DNA from: Acidobacteriota bacterium
GTDB taxonomy: Bacteria; Acidobacteriota; UBA4820; DSQY01
Reading direction: 5' to 3'
Length of the DNA: 64,000 nt
Assembly (NCBI GenBank): GCA_049968315.1
Contig: JBMFRA010000008.1
Location: 662 to 64,661, forward strand
Part shown: positions 32,160 to 45,107 of the stretch, in pieces
How positions within the stretch are numbered: the first letter of the stretch is position 1
How the letters are laid out: each line of letters starts with the position of its first letter
Position numbers and translations under genes: made by a program
The notes under the pieces: model-generated
Seen by the model: the letters and a program-made list of their open reading frames with translations, nothing else
Databases searched by the model: none
Told to the model about the DNA's origin: nothing

Positions 32160-32356
32160 AGGTCCGCCTCAACGGCCAGGAGCGAGATCTCCCGGAGGGA
32201 ACGCCCCTTTTGGAGCTGATCCGGAGCCTCGGCCTCGAGGCCTCCCGGGTCGCCGTGGAGCGCAACGGCCGGGTGGTGCCCAGGACCGACTACGCCGAAG
32301 AAATTCTTCGGGAGGGGGACCGCCTGGAGATCGTCCACTTCGTGGGCGGCGGGTGA
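32156..32356 (+). CDS. thiS: Sulfur carrier protein ThiS (ubiquitin-like beta-grasp, C-terminal GG)
   Basis: 66 aa ending EIVHFVGGG, nearly identical to the Bacillus ThiS C-terminus. GTG start. Confidence 0.8.
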   Translation: MKVRLNGQERDLPEGTPLLELIRSLGLEASRVAVERNGRVVPRTDYAEEILREGDRLEIVHFVGGG

Positions 32357-32394
32357 GGGGCGGCGGCGGGGGGAGCGCGGGGCGGGACGGTTCC

Positions 32395-32469
32395 TGGTGG
32401 GCGGTGGGGGATTCGAACCCGCGCCATCCTGCGTGTAAGGCAGGCGCTCTTCCGCTGAGCTAACCGCCC
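32395..32469 (-). tRNA. tRNA-Val (anticodon TAC)
   Basis: Reverse complement folds as acceptor GGGCGGT/ACCGCCC, D-arm GCTC..GAGC, anticodon stem CCTGC/GCAGG with loop CTTACAC, T-loop TTCGAAT and an encoded CCA. The T-stem has one C-C mismatch. Confidence 0.8.
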
Positions 32470-32479
32470 GGGGAGGGGC

Positions 32480-32508
32480 AGTGTATCGAATTGGTGCGCT
32501 TTCGTCAA
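32480..32508 (-). promoter_or_regulatory. Putative sigma-70 promoter for tRNA-Val
   Basis: Minus strand TTGACG, 17-nt spacer, TACACT, with the -10 ending 10 nt before the mature tRNA 5' end. Confidence 0.5.
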
Positions 32509-32538
32509 AGGGCCTTTCACCCTGTCCGGCGCCGCACC

Positions 32539-32568
32539 TTGACCCTTTCCTTGGAACCTTGATATTCT
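32539..32568 (+). promoter_or_regulatory. Putative sigma-70 promoter for the atp operon
   Basis: TTGACC, 18-nt spacer, TG-n-TATTCT (extended -10), about 45 nt upstream of the atpF' start. Confidence 0.45.
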
Positions 32569-32614
32569 TGGCCTTCTCGAGCGAGCGGCCCGAATCCTCT
32601 CTGGGGGGGAACAG

Positions 32615-33058
32615 GTGCTGGAACAGATCGCGACGTCCTGGTGGCACATCCCTATTCTCATGGGGATGATCTTCGTCTACGGGATTCTCCTCAATCTCTT
32701 CCTTTTCAAGCCGGTGCAGGCGGTGATGGCCGAGCGGAAGCGGCGGATCGAGGAGTCCTCCACCCTTTCGGTCTCCTCCCGGGAGACCCTCCAGCGGCGC
32801 CTCGAAGAGTACGAGCAGGCGGTGCTGGAAGCGCACCGGAGGGCCACCCGGGTAAAAGAGGAAGCCCGGAGCCAGGCCACGGCCCACCGGGCTGAGGTCC
32901 TGGCCGCCGCCAAGGACGAGGTGGACCGGGAGCGGCGGCGGAAGGAGGCCGACCTGCAGGCCAACGTCGCCGAGGTGAAACGGGCGCTGGAGCAGGAGAT
33001 CCCCTCCATGGCCCGCCTGCTGGCCCAGAAGATCCTGGGGAGGGAGGTGGCGGTTTGA
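32615..33058 (+). CDS. atpF': F0F1 ATP synthase subunit b' (second b-type stator subunit)
   Basis: Single N-terminal TM helix followed by a long charged coiled coil; first gene of the atp cluster. Confidence 0.75.
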   Translation: MLEQIATSWWHIPILMGMIFVYGILLNLFLFKPVQAVMAERKRRIEESSTLSVSSRETLQRRLEEYEQAVLEAHRRATRVKEEARSQATAHRAEVLAAAKDEVDRERRRKEADLQANVAEVKRALEQEIPSMARLLAQKILGREVAV

Positions 33059-33657
33059 GAGAGAAGATCCTTTCCCTCCTGCTGACCCTGGGGCCCTCCG
33101 TGGTCCTCCTCGCCGGCGAGGCCGCCGAGGGGCACGGGGAAGAGGGTGGGTGGATGGCCCCCATCTGGGGCGTGCCCACCCTCGTCTGGCAGATCGCCAA
33201 CCTCCTGCTGGTGGTGGTCCTTTTCGTCTACCTTCTGAGGCGCCCGGCGCCGGAATTCTTCGCCGGCCGGGCCAAGGAGATCCAGGAGCTCCTGGAACGG
33301 GCCCTCCGGGACAAGGAAGAGGCCCTGCTCCGCCTGAAGGAGGTGGACGAAAAGATGGCCCGCCTTTCCGGCGAGGTGGAGGCCATCGAGAAGGCCGCCA
33401 GGGAAGCGGCGGAGGCCGACCGGGCAAAGGTGGCGGAGGAGGCCGAGGCGGCGAAGGTCCGGATCCGGGAAGAGGCCGTGCAGGAGATGGAGCGGCAACT
33501 TGTCCAGGCCCGGCGGGAACTGAAGGCCTACGCGGCGGACCTGGCCATCCAGGCCGCCCGGGAGATCCTGGCCAAGAACCTGAGCCCCGAAGACGAAGCC
33601 CGGATCCAGGACCGGTTCCTCTCCCTGATGGAGGAAAGCCATGGGCGGCGTGGGTAA
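33055..33657 (+). CDS. atpF: F0F1 ATP synthase subunit b
   Basis: N-terminal TM helix plus an EEAxxxR-rich helix; the start overlaps the atpF' stop. Confidence 0.8.
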   Translation: MREKILSLLLTLGPSVVLLAGEAAEGHGEEGGWMAPIWGVPTLVWQIANLLLVVVLFVYLLRRPAPEFFAGRAKEIQELLERALRDKEEALLRLKEVDEKMARLSGEVEAIEKAAREAAEADRAKVAEEAEAAKVRIREEAVQEMERQLVQARRELKAYAADLAIQAAREILAKNLSPEDEARIQDRFLSLMEESHGRRG

Positions 33658-34174
33658 GCGGTACGCCGAGGCCCTCCTGGACGTCCTCCAAGGCGCCCCG
33701 GAAGAGGCGGTCCTCTCGGACGTGAAGGCCTTTGCGGGCTGGCTCCGGGAGGTTCCGGGGCTGCGGAAGGCGCTGGAGAACCCCGGCGTTCCCGCGGCGG
33801 TGAAAGAGAAGGTCGTCCGGGAGCTGGCCGCCCGGGGCGGTTTCCAGGAGGCCACCACCCGGTTCGTCCTGCTGGTGGTGGCCCACCGGCGGATCCGCCA
33901 GTGGGACGAGATCGTGGCGGCCTTCCAGACCCTGCTGGACGACCGCCACGGGATCCTCCGGGGCCAGGTGGTGACGGCCCGTCCCCTGGAGGGGGCGCGC
34001 CTGGCGGCCCTGGCCGCCCGCCTGGAGAAGGTCTTCGGAAAGCCCGTGCGGCTGGACGCGCGGGTGGCCCCCGAAGTGCTGGGGGGCATCCAGCTCCAGA
34101 TCGGTTCGACGGTGTACGACGGCTCCGTGGCGGGGGCCCTTCGCTCCCTCCGCGACGTCCTCGTGAAGGGGTAG
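33641..34174 (+). CDS. atpH: F0F1 ATP synthase subunit delta (OSCP)
   Basis: Typical delta N-terminus (YAEALLDV) and C-terminal LDGSVAG-type motif. Confidence 0.88.
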   Translation: MGGVGKRYAEALLDVLQGAPEEAVLSDVKAFAGWLREVPGLRKALENPGVPAAVKEKVVRELAARGGFQEATTRFVLLVVAHRRIRQWDEIVAAFQTLLDDRHGILRGQVVTARPLEGARLAALAARLEKVFGKPVRLDARVAPEVLGGIQLQIGSTVYDGSVAGALRSLRDVLVKG

Positions 34175-34180
34175 GCGAGC

Positions 34181-35701
<1,521 letters not shown>

Positions 35702-35704
35702 GCC

Positions 35705-36568
35705 ATGCCGAACCTGAGGGATATCCGGCGGCGGATCCGGTCGGTCCAGAGCACCCAGCAGATCACCAAGGCCATGAAGATGGTGGCCGCGGCGAGGCTG
35801 CGGCGGGCCCAAGACCGGATGCTCTCCGCCCGCCCGTACGCCGACAAGATGCTGGAGGTGCTCAACTCCCTGGCCTCCAGAACCGATCCCCAGGTCCATC
35901 CCCTGTTGGCCCTCCGGGAGGAGAAGCGGGTTCGGCTGGTGGTCTACACCGGCGACCGGGGGCTCTGCGGCGCCTTCAACACCAACATCCTGAGGTTCAC
36001 CCTCAAGCAGGTGGCCGAACTCCAGGCCGCCGGGCGGGAGGTGACCCTCGACTTCGTGGGCCGCAAGGGGCGGGACTTCTTCCGGCGCCGGTCCTACGAG
36101 ATGGGCGGACAGTGGGTGGGGAAGTTCACCAAGGTCCGCTACGAAGACGCCGAGGAGATCGCCGGCGTCCTCACCGGCCACTTCGTGGAAGGCCGGTGCG
36201 ACGCGGTGTACCTCATCTACAACCACTTCAAGAGCGTCATCGCCCAGAAGGTCGTGGTGGAGCGGCTCCTCCCCATCCCGCGTCTGGAGCCGGAGGAGAA
36301 GGCCCCCTTCCTGGACTACCTCTACGAGCCGACCCCCGAGGAGCTGTTCGGAACGCTCCTTCCTCGGCACGTCACCTTCCAGGTGTATCGGGCCATGCTG
36401 GAGTCGGCGGCGGCGGAGCACGCTGCCCGCATGACGGCGATGGAGAGCGCCACCAACAACGCCCGGGACATGATCGACCGCTTGACCCTCTACGCCAACC
36501 GGGTGCGTCAGGCGGCGATCACCAAGGAGATCATCGAAGTCGTGAGCGGTGCCCAGGCGCTGGGCTGA
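35705..36568 (+). CDS. atpG: F0F1 ATP synthase subunit gamma
   Basis: Conserved N-terminus IRRRIRSVQSTQQITKAMKMVAAARLRRAQ and the C-terminal helix. Confidence 0.95.
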   Translation: MPNLRDIRRRIRSVQSTQQITKAMKMVAAARLRRAQDRMLSARPYADKMLEVLNSLASRTDPQVHPLLALREEKRVRLVVYTGDRGLCGAFNTNILRFTLKQVAELQAAGREVTLDFVGRKGRDFFRRRSYEMGGQWVGKFTKVRYEDAEEIAGVLTGHFVEGRCDAVYLIYNHFKSVIAQKVVVERLLPIPRLEPEEKAPFLDYLYEPTPEELFGTLLPRHVTFQVYRAMLESAAAEHAARMTAMESATNNARDMIDRLTLYANRVRQAAITKEIIEVVSGAQALG

Positions 36569-38104
<1,536 letters not shown>

Positions 38105-38107
38105 GCC

Positions 38108-38536
38108 ATGGCGACCTTCGAGATCCCGAAGAAGCTCCTCCTGACCATCGTCACCCCCGAGAGGCACCTCGTCCACGAGAGCGTGGACGAGGTGGTCCTT
38201 CCGGGGGTGGAGGGGTACCTCGGAGCCCTCCCCGGACACACCGAACTCTTGACGTCCCTCCGGATTGGTGAGATAAAATACAGGGTCGGGAAAGAGTGGC
38301 GGTACCTCGCCGTGTCCTGGGGCTTCGTCGAGATCCTCCCGGACCGGGTGACGGTGCTGGCCGACCTGGCGGAAAAGGCCGAGGAGATCGACCTCGAGCA
38401 GGCCAGAGTGGAAGCCGAATCGGCCCGGGCGCGCCTGAAGCACCCCGACGCCGATTTCATGAAGGCCCAGATCGCCCTGGAGCAGGCGCTGGTGCGGATG
38501 CAGGTGGCCGCCAAGGCGGCTCCCCTGCCGCGGTGA
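38108..38536 (+). CDS. atpC: F0F1 ATP synthase subunit epsilon
   Basis: Beta-sandwich N-terminus and a C-terminal helical hairpin. Confidence 0.9.
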   Translation: MATFEIPKKLLLTIVTPERHLVHESVDEVVLPGVEGYLGALPGHTELLTSLRIGEIKYRVGKEWRYLAVSWGFVEILPDRVTVLADLAEKAEEIDLEQARVEAESARARLKHPDADFMKAQIALEQALVRMQVAAKAAPLPR

Positions 38537-38563
38537 TCCCGGGGCCAGTCAGGAAGTGAAGGC

Positions 38564-38701
38564 ATGAAACGAACCTACCAGCCGAACCGGCACCGTCGCG
38601 CGAAAACCCACGGGTTCCGGGCCCGTATGGCCACCCGGGGAGGCCGAGAGGTGCTCGCCCGGCGGCGGGCGAAGGGGCGCTGGCGCCTGACGCCGGCGTG
38701 A
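38564..38701 (+). CDS. rpmH: 50S ribosomal protein L34
   Basis: 45-aa [48 protein letters not shown]. It is below the ORF-track size cut-off and was found by reading the sequence directly upstream of rnpA. Confidence 0.9.
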   Translation: MKRTYQPNRHRRAKTHGFRARMATRGGREVLARRRAKGRWRLTPA

Positions 38702-39054
38702 CCCTCCCGACGGGACCCTTCCGCAAAGAAGACCGGATCCGCTCCCGCGCCGAATACCGGGCCATCTATGCCGAGAGCCGTCCCCTCCACGTGGGGCGTC
38801 TGGTGGTGTACGCCGCACCGGGCGAAGGTCCCGTGCGGTTGGGGGTGACCGTTCCCCGGAAGGTGGGCGGGTCGGTGGTGCGAAACCGGGTCAAGCGGCT
38901 GATTCGGGAGGCCTTTCGGTTGGAGCGGGGGGCCTTCCCCCAGGGGACGCGGGTGGTGGTGAACGCCCGCCACTCCGCCGGGGCCCTGACCTTGGAAGAG
39001 GCACGGGAAAGCCTGCGCCGGGCGGCGGGGCTGCTCCAGGGGGGTTCGCCATGA
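38698..39054 (+). CDS. rnpA: Ribonuclease P protein component
   Basis: RNR motif region [26 protein letters not shown] start overlapping the rpmH stop. Confidence 0.92.
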   Translation: MTLPTGPFRKEDRIRSRAEYRAIYAESRPLHVGRLVVYAAPGEGPVRLGVTVPRKVGGSVVRNRVKRLIREAFRLERGAFPQGTRVVVNARHSAGALTLEEARESLRRAAGLLQGGSP

Positions 39055-39302
39055 GGAGGCTTGCCCTGTGGGCCATCCGGGCCTACCAGTGGACCCTCTC
39101 GCCCTATCTCGGGGGGGCCTGCCGGTACGTCCCCTCCTGCTCCCAGTACACCTACGAGGCGGTGGCCCGCTTCGGGCTGCTGCGGGGCCTCTGGCTGGGG
39201 CTGCGGCGCCTCAGCCGGTGCCACCCCTTCGCCGAAGGGGGGTACGACCCCTGTCCCGGCGGCCCCGGTCCTTCCGCTGGAACGGGAGGGGTCCTGGAGT
39301 AA
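39051..39302 (+). CDS. yidD: Membrane protein insertion efficiency factor YidD
   Basis: DUF37 signature with conserved Cys residues ([13 protein letters not shown] ... [11 protein letters not shown]). Confidence 0.9.
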   Translation: MRRLALWAIRAYQWTLSPYLGGACRYVPSCSQYTYEAVARFGLLRGLWLGLRRLSRCHPFAEGGYDPCPGGPGPSAGTGGVLE

Positions 39303-39440
39303 GGGGGAAGGCCCCGCCGGCGCCGGGGGGAGACCGGGGAGGGGATGGGCCCTTCCCGGAGGAGAAGAGGAAGCGGGATGGCAGGTTGGCGGCGGGGCCC
39401 CCGCCGCCCACAGGGGCGCAGGAAAAGGCAGGAGGAAGCC

Positions 39441-41189
39441 ATGGAACAACTGGGACAGGAAGACCCGAAGAGCACCCAGCGCTTTCTGCTGGCCATGGTG
39501 GCCATGATGGCCGTCTTGGGCCTCTGGTCCCTCTTCATGGGGGGGCCCGCCGCGCCGCCCCCCGCGGCCCCCGAACCCCGCACCGCCGCCCCGGCGGAGA
39601 AGCCCGCCGCCGTGGAGCCGGCGCCGGCGCCCGGCGCCGGCGAGGCGGCGGTGGCCGATACGGAGGAGCGGCGGGTGATCCTGGAGAACGACGATCTCCT
39701 GGTGGAGGTGTCCAACCGGGGCGCCGTCCTGACCCGGGTGGTGCTGAAGAAGTACCGCATGCCCGGGGCCGACCCCGACGACCTCGTCTCGCCCCTGGCC
39801 CGGATCACCGGCCGCTACCCCCTGGCGGTGGAGACGGGGGATCCGGCCTTCGACCAGGCCGTGTCCAAGGCGCTGTTCCACGTGGAACGCAAAACGGGTC
39901 CCGCGGGGGAGCAGGTGGTGGAGCTGGCGTGGGCCGACGGGGCGGGCAACGCCCTTCGGAAGGTCCTGACGCTCCCCGCCGCGGGGTACCTCGCGGGCCT
40001 GGAGACCAGCGGCCGGAAGGGCGGCACCGTCCTCTCCCCCATTCCGCTGCGCTGGGGTCCCGGTTTCGGAACCCTCCAGAAGAGCCAGGCCAAGAACCGG
40101 TACTACCAGCAGGAGTACGTGGGACTCTTGGAGGGGACCTCCTTCCGTAAGGTCAAGCGGGCGGGGAAGGTGACGGGGGACCGCCCCCGGGAGGTGGAGG
40201 GCTTCGGGGAGAAGGCTCCGGTGGCCTGGGCCGCCATCAGCAACAACTACTTCGCCGCCGCCTTTTTGCCCGAGGGGACCCTGCCGCGGGTGAAGGTGGT
40301 GACGGAGGCCCTCTCTCCCGAGCTGCAGAAGGTGCACCCCGCCGAAAACGACGTGACCCTGGTGGTGGCCTTCCCCGGCCGGGGGCGTCTCTTCATGGGA
40401 CCCAAGCAGTGGGGCCTCCTGGCGGGCGTGGCGCCCCAGTTCAACCGCCTCACCGACTGGGGGTGGCTCACCCCCATCTGCGGCGCCCTCCTCTGGGGCC
40501 TGAAGTCCCTGTACCGGTGGGTGGGCAACTACGGCATCGCCATCATCCTCATCACGCTGGTCATCAAGCTGGCCTTCTACCCCCTCACCCAGGGCAGCAT
40601 GGTGAAGATGAAGCAGATGGGCGACGCCATGAAGCGGCTCAAGCCCCAGATCGACCGGATCAAGGCCAAGTACAAGAAGATGGGCCTGGACATGGCCACC
40701 CGCCAAAAGATGAACGAGGAGATGATGGCCCTCTACCAGAAGGAGGGCATCAACCCCCTGGGCCAGATGAGCGGGTGCCTCCCCCTCCTCCTCCAGATGC
40801 CCATCTTCTTCGCCCTCTTCGAGCTCCTGCCGCGGGCCATCGAGCTCCGGGGAGCGCCCTTCTTCGGCTGGATCCAGGACCTCTCGGTTCCGGACCCCTA
40901 CTACATCACCCCCATCCTCATGGGGGTCTCCATGATCGCCTCCACCCGCATGACCGGCTCCCAGGGACTGGAGGGGGCGCAGAAGGTCATGCTCTGGTTC
41001 ATGCCCCTCATGTTCACCTGGTTCTGCCTCTGGGCCCCGGCGGGGCTCACCCTCTACTGGCTCGCCAACAACCTGCTGACCATGGGCCAGCAGGCCCTCA
41101 TCAACCGGCAGGCGGCGGCCAGGGCGGCCGAAGCCGAGAAGGGGCGGCGGTCCACCCCCAAGGGCCCTTCCCGGCCTTCCCGTGGTTGA
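39441..41189 (+). CDS. yidC: Membrane protein insertase YidC
   Basis: Start MEQLGQE at 39441 with an AGGAGG RBS. N-terminal TM, periplasmic domain and the conserved C-terminal 5-TM core (GCLPLLLQMPIFFALF). Confidence 0.93.
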   Translation: MEQLGQEDPKSTQRFLLAMVAMMAVLGLWSLFMGGPAAPPPAAPEPRTAAPAEKPAAVEPAPAPGAGEAAVADTEERRVILENDDLLVEVSNRGAVLTRVVLKKYRMPGADPDDLVSPLARITGRYPLAVETGDPAFDQAVSKALFHVERKTGPAGEQVVELAWADGAGNALRKVLTLPAAGYLAGLETSGRKGGTVLSPIPLRWGPGFGTLQKSQAKNRYYQQEYVGLLEGTSFRKVKRAGKVTGDRPREVEGFGEKAPVAWAAISNNYFAAAFLPEGTLPRVKVVTEALSPELQKVHPAENDVTLVVAFPGRGRLFMGPKQWGLLAGVAPQFNRLTDWGWLTPICGALLWGLKSLYRWVGNYGIAIILITLVIKLAFYPLTQGSMVKMKQMGDAMKRLKPQIDRIKAKYKKMGLDMATRQKMNEEMMALYQKEGINPLGQMSGCLPLLLQMPIFFALFELLPRAIELRGAPFFGWIQDLSVPDPYYITPILMGVSMIASTRMTGSQGLEGAQKVMLWFMPLMFTWFCLWAPAGLTLYWLANNLLTMGQQALINRQAAARAAEAEKGRRSTPKGPSRPSRG

Positions 41190-42534
41190 AGCCGGAGGAA
41201 CCCTGGTGGCGGAGGCCACCCCGCCCGGTCGGGGCGGCCTCCGGGTGGTTCGGGTGAGCGGCCCCCTGGCCGCCCCCATCCTCCAGCGGCACTTCCGCCC
41301 CGCGGGGCCCCGCTCCCCCTGGGAGGCTCCCCGCAGGTTGTGCGCCGGGGACGTTCTGTCGGCGGACGGCCGGCTCCTGGACCGGGCGCTGGCGGTCTTC
41401 CTGCGGGCACCCCGCTCCTTTACGGGGGAGGACACGGCGGAGTTCCACCTCCACGGCTCCGGCGGCGTCGTGGAGGCGGTGGTCGCCCTGTGCCTCGAAG
41501 CGGGGTGCCGGCGGGCGGCCCCCGGAGAGTTCTCCTGGCGGGCCTTCCTCAACGGCAAGCTGGGCCTCCTGGAAGCCGAGGCCCTGGACGGATTGGCCGC
41601 CGCCTCCACCCGGGAGGCGGCCCAGCGGGCCGCCGCCGTCCTGGCCGGTGACCTGAGGCGCAAGCTCGAGGGCCTTCGGGAGGGGATTCTGGACCTCCAG
41701 GCACGGTGGGAGGCCCAGGTGGACTTCCCGGAGGACGCCGGGGAGGGGGCCCCCGAAGAGGAGCGGGCGCTCCTGGGCCGCCTCGTCGCGGAAGCCGATG
41801 CCCTGGACCGGTCGGGGCAGGCCCTTCCGCGCCTGCGGGAGGGCTGGTCCGTGGCCCTGGCGGGCCCCCCCAACTCGGGAAAGTCTTCCCTCTTCAACGC
41901 CCTCTTGAACCGCGAGCGCGCCCTGGTCAGCCCCCACCCGGGGACCACCCGGGACGTGTTGGAGGAGACCCTGGAGGTGGACGGCCTTCCCCTGGTGCTC
42001 CGGGACACGGCGGGCCTTCGGCAGGAGCCGGGGGAGGAGGTGGAGGCCCTGGGTATGGAGGTGGGGCTGCGGGCCGCCGCCACCGCCGATGCCGTCCTTT
42101 TCGTCTACGACGGGGCCCGGGGGTGGGACGGCGAGGCCCAACGGGCCCTCCGGATCCTCCCGGCCCCGCCCCGCTGGATCGCCGGCAACAAGGGCGACCT
42201 CTTTGTGGGTCCGGTCCCTCCGGGGCACCTTCGGCTCAGCGCCCGGACGGGGGAGGGGCTCGCCGCGCTGGTCCGGGAGATGGGGCGCTGGCTCCGGGGG
42301 CAGCTCCCTCGGGTGGAGGCGGGACCGGTCTCCCTGCGGCAGGCGGAGGCGGTAGGGCGCCTTCGGCGGGCCCTCGGGGAGGCGGAGGGCGACCTGGCGG
42401 GGGGGGCGGGGATCGAGGTGGCCGCCGACGCGTTGGCCCGCGCCCGGCGGGCCGTGGAGGAGGCCCTCTTCGGGGAGGGAAGACCCGACGACCTCTACGG
42501 GCGGATCTTTTCCCGCTTCTGCATTGGAAAGTGA
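41182..42534 (+). CDS. mnmE: tRNA modification GTPase MnmE (TrmE)
   Basis: G-domain GPPNSGKSSLFNALL ... DTAGLR and the C-terminal CIGK motif. Confidence 0.93.
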   Translation: MVEAGGTLVAEATPPGRGGLRVVRVSGPLAAPILQRHFRPAGPRSPWEAPRRLCAGDVLSADGRLLDRALAVFLRAPRSFTGEDTAEFHLHGSGGVVEAVVALCLEAGCRRAAPGEFSWRAFLNGKLGLLEAEALDGLAAASTREAAQRAAAVLAGDLRRKLEGLREGILDLQARWEAQVDFPEDAGEGAPEEERALLGRLVAEADALDRSGQALPRLREGWSVALAGPPNSGKSSLFNALLNRERALVSPHPGTTRDVLEETLEVDGLPLVLRDTAGLRQEPGEEVEALGMEVGLRAAATADAVLFVYDGARGWDGEAQRALRILPAPPRWIAGNKGDLFVGPVPPGHLRLSARTGEGLAALVREMGRWLRGQLPRVEAGPVSLRQAEAVGRLRRALGEAEGDLAGGAGIEVAADALARARRAVEEALFGEGRPDDLYGRIFSRFCIGK

Positions 42535-42618
42535 CCGCCGCCGCGCCGCAGGCCCCGGGCCTGCAGGGGGCGGGGGCGGGCTTTCCCCGGCCCGTATCCC
42601 CTGTGGTTCAATGGTGCC

Positions 42619-44451
42619 ATGGCGAAGGAGACCTGCGACGCGGTGGTGGTGGGCGGCGGGCACGCGGGGGCGGAGGCGGCCCGCGTGCTGGCCCTCAAGG
42701 GCCTCGATACCGTCCTGGTCACCGATTCCCTGAAGGCCGTGGGGCGCATGTCCTGCAACCCCTCCATCGGCGGGCTGGGGAAGGGGCACCTCGTGCGGGA
42801 GCTGGACGCCCTGGGGGGCCTCATGGCCCGGGCGGCCGACGGGACCGGCATCCACTTCCGGCTGCTGAACGCCAGCAAGGGGCCGGCGGTCCAGGGGCTG
42901 CGAAGCCAGAACGACCGGGAGGCCTACGCCCGGGCGGTGGCGGAGGCCCTTGAGAAGACGGCGGGGCTCAGGCTCCGGGAGGGCCGGGTCCGGGACCTCC
43001 TCCTGTCGGGGGGGAGGGTTCACGGCGTGGGCCTGGAAGACGGCACGGAGCTCCGGGCCCGGGTGGTGGTGGTCACGGCGGGGACCTTTCTGGGCGGCCT
43101 GCTCCACGTGGGGGAAGAGCGGACCGCCGGGGGCCGCGTGGGGGAGTTCGCCGCCGAAGACCTCTCCCGTTCCCTCCGGGCGGCGGGGCTTCCCCTGATT
43201 CGGCTCAAGACGGGAACTCCCCCCCGGCTCCACCGCCGCTCCATCCAATGGGAGCGCACCCTCCCCCAGCCGGGGGACCCGGCCCCCGAGCCCTTTTCCC
43301 TCCTCTCCGAGCCCTTTCCGGCGCTCCCGCAGGTTCCCTGCCACCTGACCCGGACCACGGAGGAGACGCGCCGCATCATCCTGGCCAACCTCCACCGGTC
43401 GCCCCTCTTCTCTGGGGCCATCCAGGGGCGGGGCCCCCGGTACTGCCCCTCCATCGAGGACAAGGTGGTGCGCTTTCCCCACAACGAGAGCCACCAGGTC
43501 TTCCTGGAGCCCGACGGCCTCGGCAGCGAGGAGGTCTACCCCAACGGAATCTCCACGTCCCTCCCGCGGGACGTCCAGGAGGCGGTGGTCCGCTCCATCC
43601 CCGGCCTGGAGGAGGCCCGCATCGTCCGGTACGGCTACGCCGTGGAGTACGACGCGGTGGATCCGACGGCGCTCCGGCTGACCCTGGAAGCCAAGGGCGT
43701 GGCGGGCCTCTACCTGGCGGGGCAGGTGGTGGGGACCACGGGGTACGAGGAGGCGGCGGCGCTGGGGTTCTGGGCGGGCCTCAACGCCGCCAGGGCCCTC
43801 CGGGGGGAGGAGCCCTTCGTGCTGGGGCGGGAGGAGGCCTACCTGGGGGTGATGGTGGACGACCTGGTGACCCGGGGCGTTACCGAGCCTTACCGCATGC
43901 TCACCTCCCGGGCGGAGTACCGGCTCCTCCTGGACCGCCACAGCGCCTACCGGCGGCTCCTGCCCCGTACCGCCGCCGACGGCCTTTGCCCTCCCGGGGA
44001 CCGGAAGCGCCTCCAGGAACGGGAGCGGCGGGTGGCGGCGGCGCGGCGCACCCTGGAGGAGACCCGGGTGGAGGTGGGGGGGGAGGTCCTTTCCCTGGCC
44101 CGGATCCTCTCCCGTCCCCAAGTCGGGATGGAGGACCTGCCGGTCCACCCGCCGGAGCTTCGGGCCCTCGACCGGTGGGAGGTCCTCTACGTGGAGTCGG
44201 AGGTGAAGGGGGAGGGCTACCGGGAGCGGGCCCGGGCCGAGGCCCGGCGCCTCCTGGCGGCGCGGCGGACCCGCATCCCCCCCGGTTTCGACTTCGGGGC
44301 CCTGCCGGGCCTCAGCCGGGAGGTGCGGGAAGTGCTGCAGCGGGTGGCCCCCGCCAACCTGGACCAGGCCTCGCGGATCCCGGGGATGACGCCGGCGGCG
44401 CTCCTCCGGCTCCACTACGCCCTGGACCGCGGAGGCTCCCATGGAGAATGA
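42619..44451 (+). CDS. mnmG: tRNA uridine 5-carboxymethylaminomethyl modification enzyme MnmG (GidA)
   Basis: FAD-binding [15 protein letters not shown] and the PSIGG motif; 610 aa. Confidence 0.96.
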   Translation: MAKETCDAVVVGGGHAGAEAARVLALKGLDTVLVTDSLKAVGRMSCNPSIGGLGKGHLVRELDALGGLMARAADGTGIHFRLLNASKGPAVQGLRSQNDREAYARAVAEALEKTAGLRLREGRVRDLLLSGGRVHGVGLEDGTELRARVVVVTAGTFLGGLLHVGEERTAGGRVGEFAAEDLSRSLRAAGLPLIRLKTGTPPRLHRRSIQWERTLPQPGDPAPEPFSLLSEPFPALPQVPCHLTRTTEETRRIILANLHRSPLFSGAIQGRGPRYCPSIEDKVVRFPHNESHQVFLEPDGLGSEEVYPNGISTSLPRDVQEAVVRSIPGLEEARIVRYGYAVEYDAVDPTALRLTLEAKGVAGLYLAGQVVGTTGYEEAAALGFWAGLNAARALRGEEPFVLGREEAYLGVMVDDLVTRGVTEPYRMLTSRAEYRLLLDRHSAYRRLLPRTAADGLCPPGDRKRLQERERRVAAARRTLEETRVEVGGEVLSLARILSRPQVGMEDLPVHPPELRALDRWEVLYVESEVKGEGYRERARAEARRLLAARRTRIPPGFDFGALPGLSREVREVLQRVAPANLDQASRIPGMTPAALLRLHYALDRGGSHGE

Positions 44452-45019
44452 CCCGCGCCTCGAGGCCTACCTGGATCTCCTCTTCGCCTGGAACCGCGCG
44501 GCGGGCCTCACCGCCTTCCGCAGCCGCCGGGAGGTCCTGGAGCGGGGGGTCGCCCCCTCGCGGCTGGCCCTTCCCTTTCTCCCGGAGGAAGGGCGGGTCC
44601 TGGACGTCGGATCGGGGGGCGGCATCCCCGCCCTCCCCCTCGCCCTGGCCCGCCCGCGCCTTTCGTGGGTGCTGGCCGAACCGGCGCCGGCCAAGGCGGT
44701 CTTCCTGGAGGAGGTGGCCCGGCGGCTGAACCTGGCCTGGGAGGTCCGGGCCCGTCCGGCGGAGGAGGTCCTCCGGAGCGGGGAGCGCTGGCGTGCGGCG
44801 ACCCTCCGCGGGATCTTCCCCCGAAAGGGGACCTTCCGGCGGCTGGCCTCGGCGCTGGAGCCGGGGGGGGTCCTGCTGGTGTGGACCGGCGGGGCGCGCC
44901 TCGAAGCCTGCCGGGAAATCTTCGGCGGATTGGGCCTTGCGGCGGAGGAGCACCCCTGCCCGGGGGCCGGGGTGGTCCTTTTGGCCGGCCGTGTTCCACG
45001 TGGAACATCCGGAGGCTGA
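44441..45019 (+). CDS. rsmG: 16S rRNA (guanine527-N7)-methyltransferase RsmG (GidB)
   Basis: SAM motif [15 protein letters not shown] and the typical N-terminus ([12 protein letters not shown]). Confidence 0.9.
   Translation: MENDPRLEAYLDLLFAWNRAAGLTAFRSRREVLERGVAPSRLALPFLPEEGRVLDVGSGGGIPALPLALARPRLSWVLAEPAPAKAVFLEEVARRLNLAWEVRARPAEEVLRSGERWRAATLRGIFPRKGTFRRLASALEPGGVLLVWTGGARLEACREIFGGLGLAAEEHPCPGAGVVLLAGRVPRGTSGG
44992..45007. other. parS: parS centromere-like site (TGTTCCACGTGGAACA, perfect 16-bp palindrome)
   Basis: Matches the parS consensus tGTTnCACGTGaAACa at 15 of 16 positions. It lies inside the last codons of rsmG, 100 nt upstream of parA. Confidence 0.8.
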
Positions 45020-45107
45020 GAGCCCGGCGGGAGGGCCGGGGCGGGATTCGACCCCGGCGTCTTTCCCTCGGCCTTCCGGTATGGCACAATGCGCCGGGAG
45101 GAGCGCC

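Noticed and set aside
38766-44442. Two roughly 1100-aa minus-strand ORFs (38766..42083, 41101..44442) opposite yidC/mnmE/mnmG
   Set aside because: Antisense to conserved plus-strand genes. Low-complexity translations (Pro/Gly/Arg/Ala).
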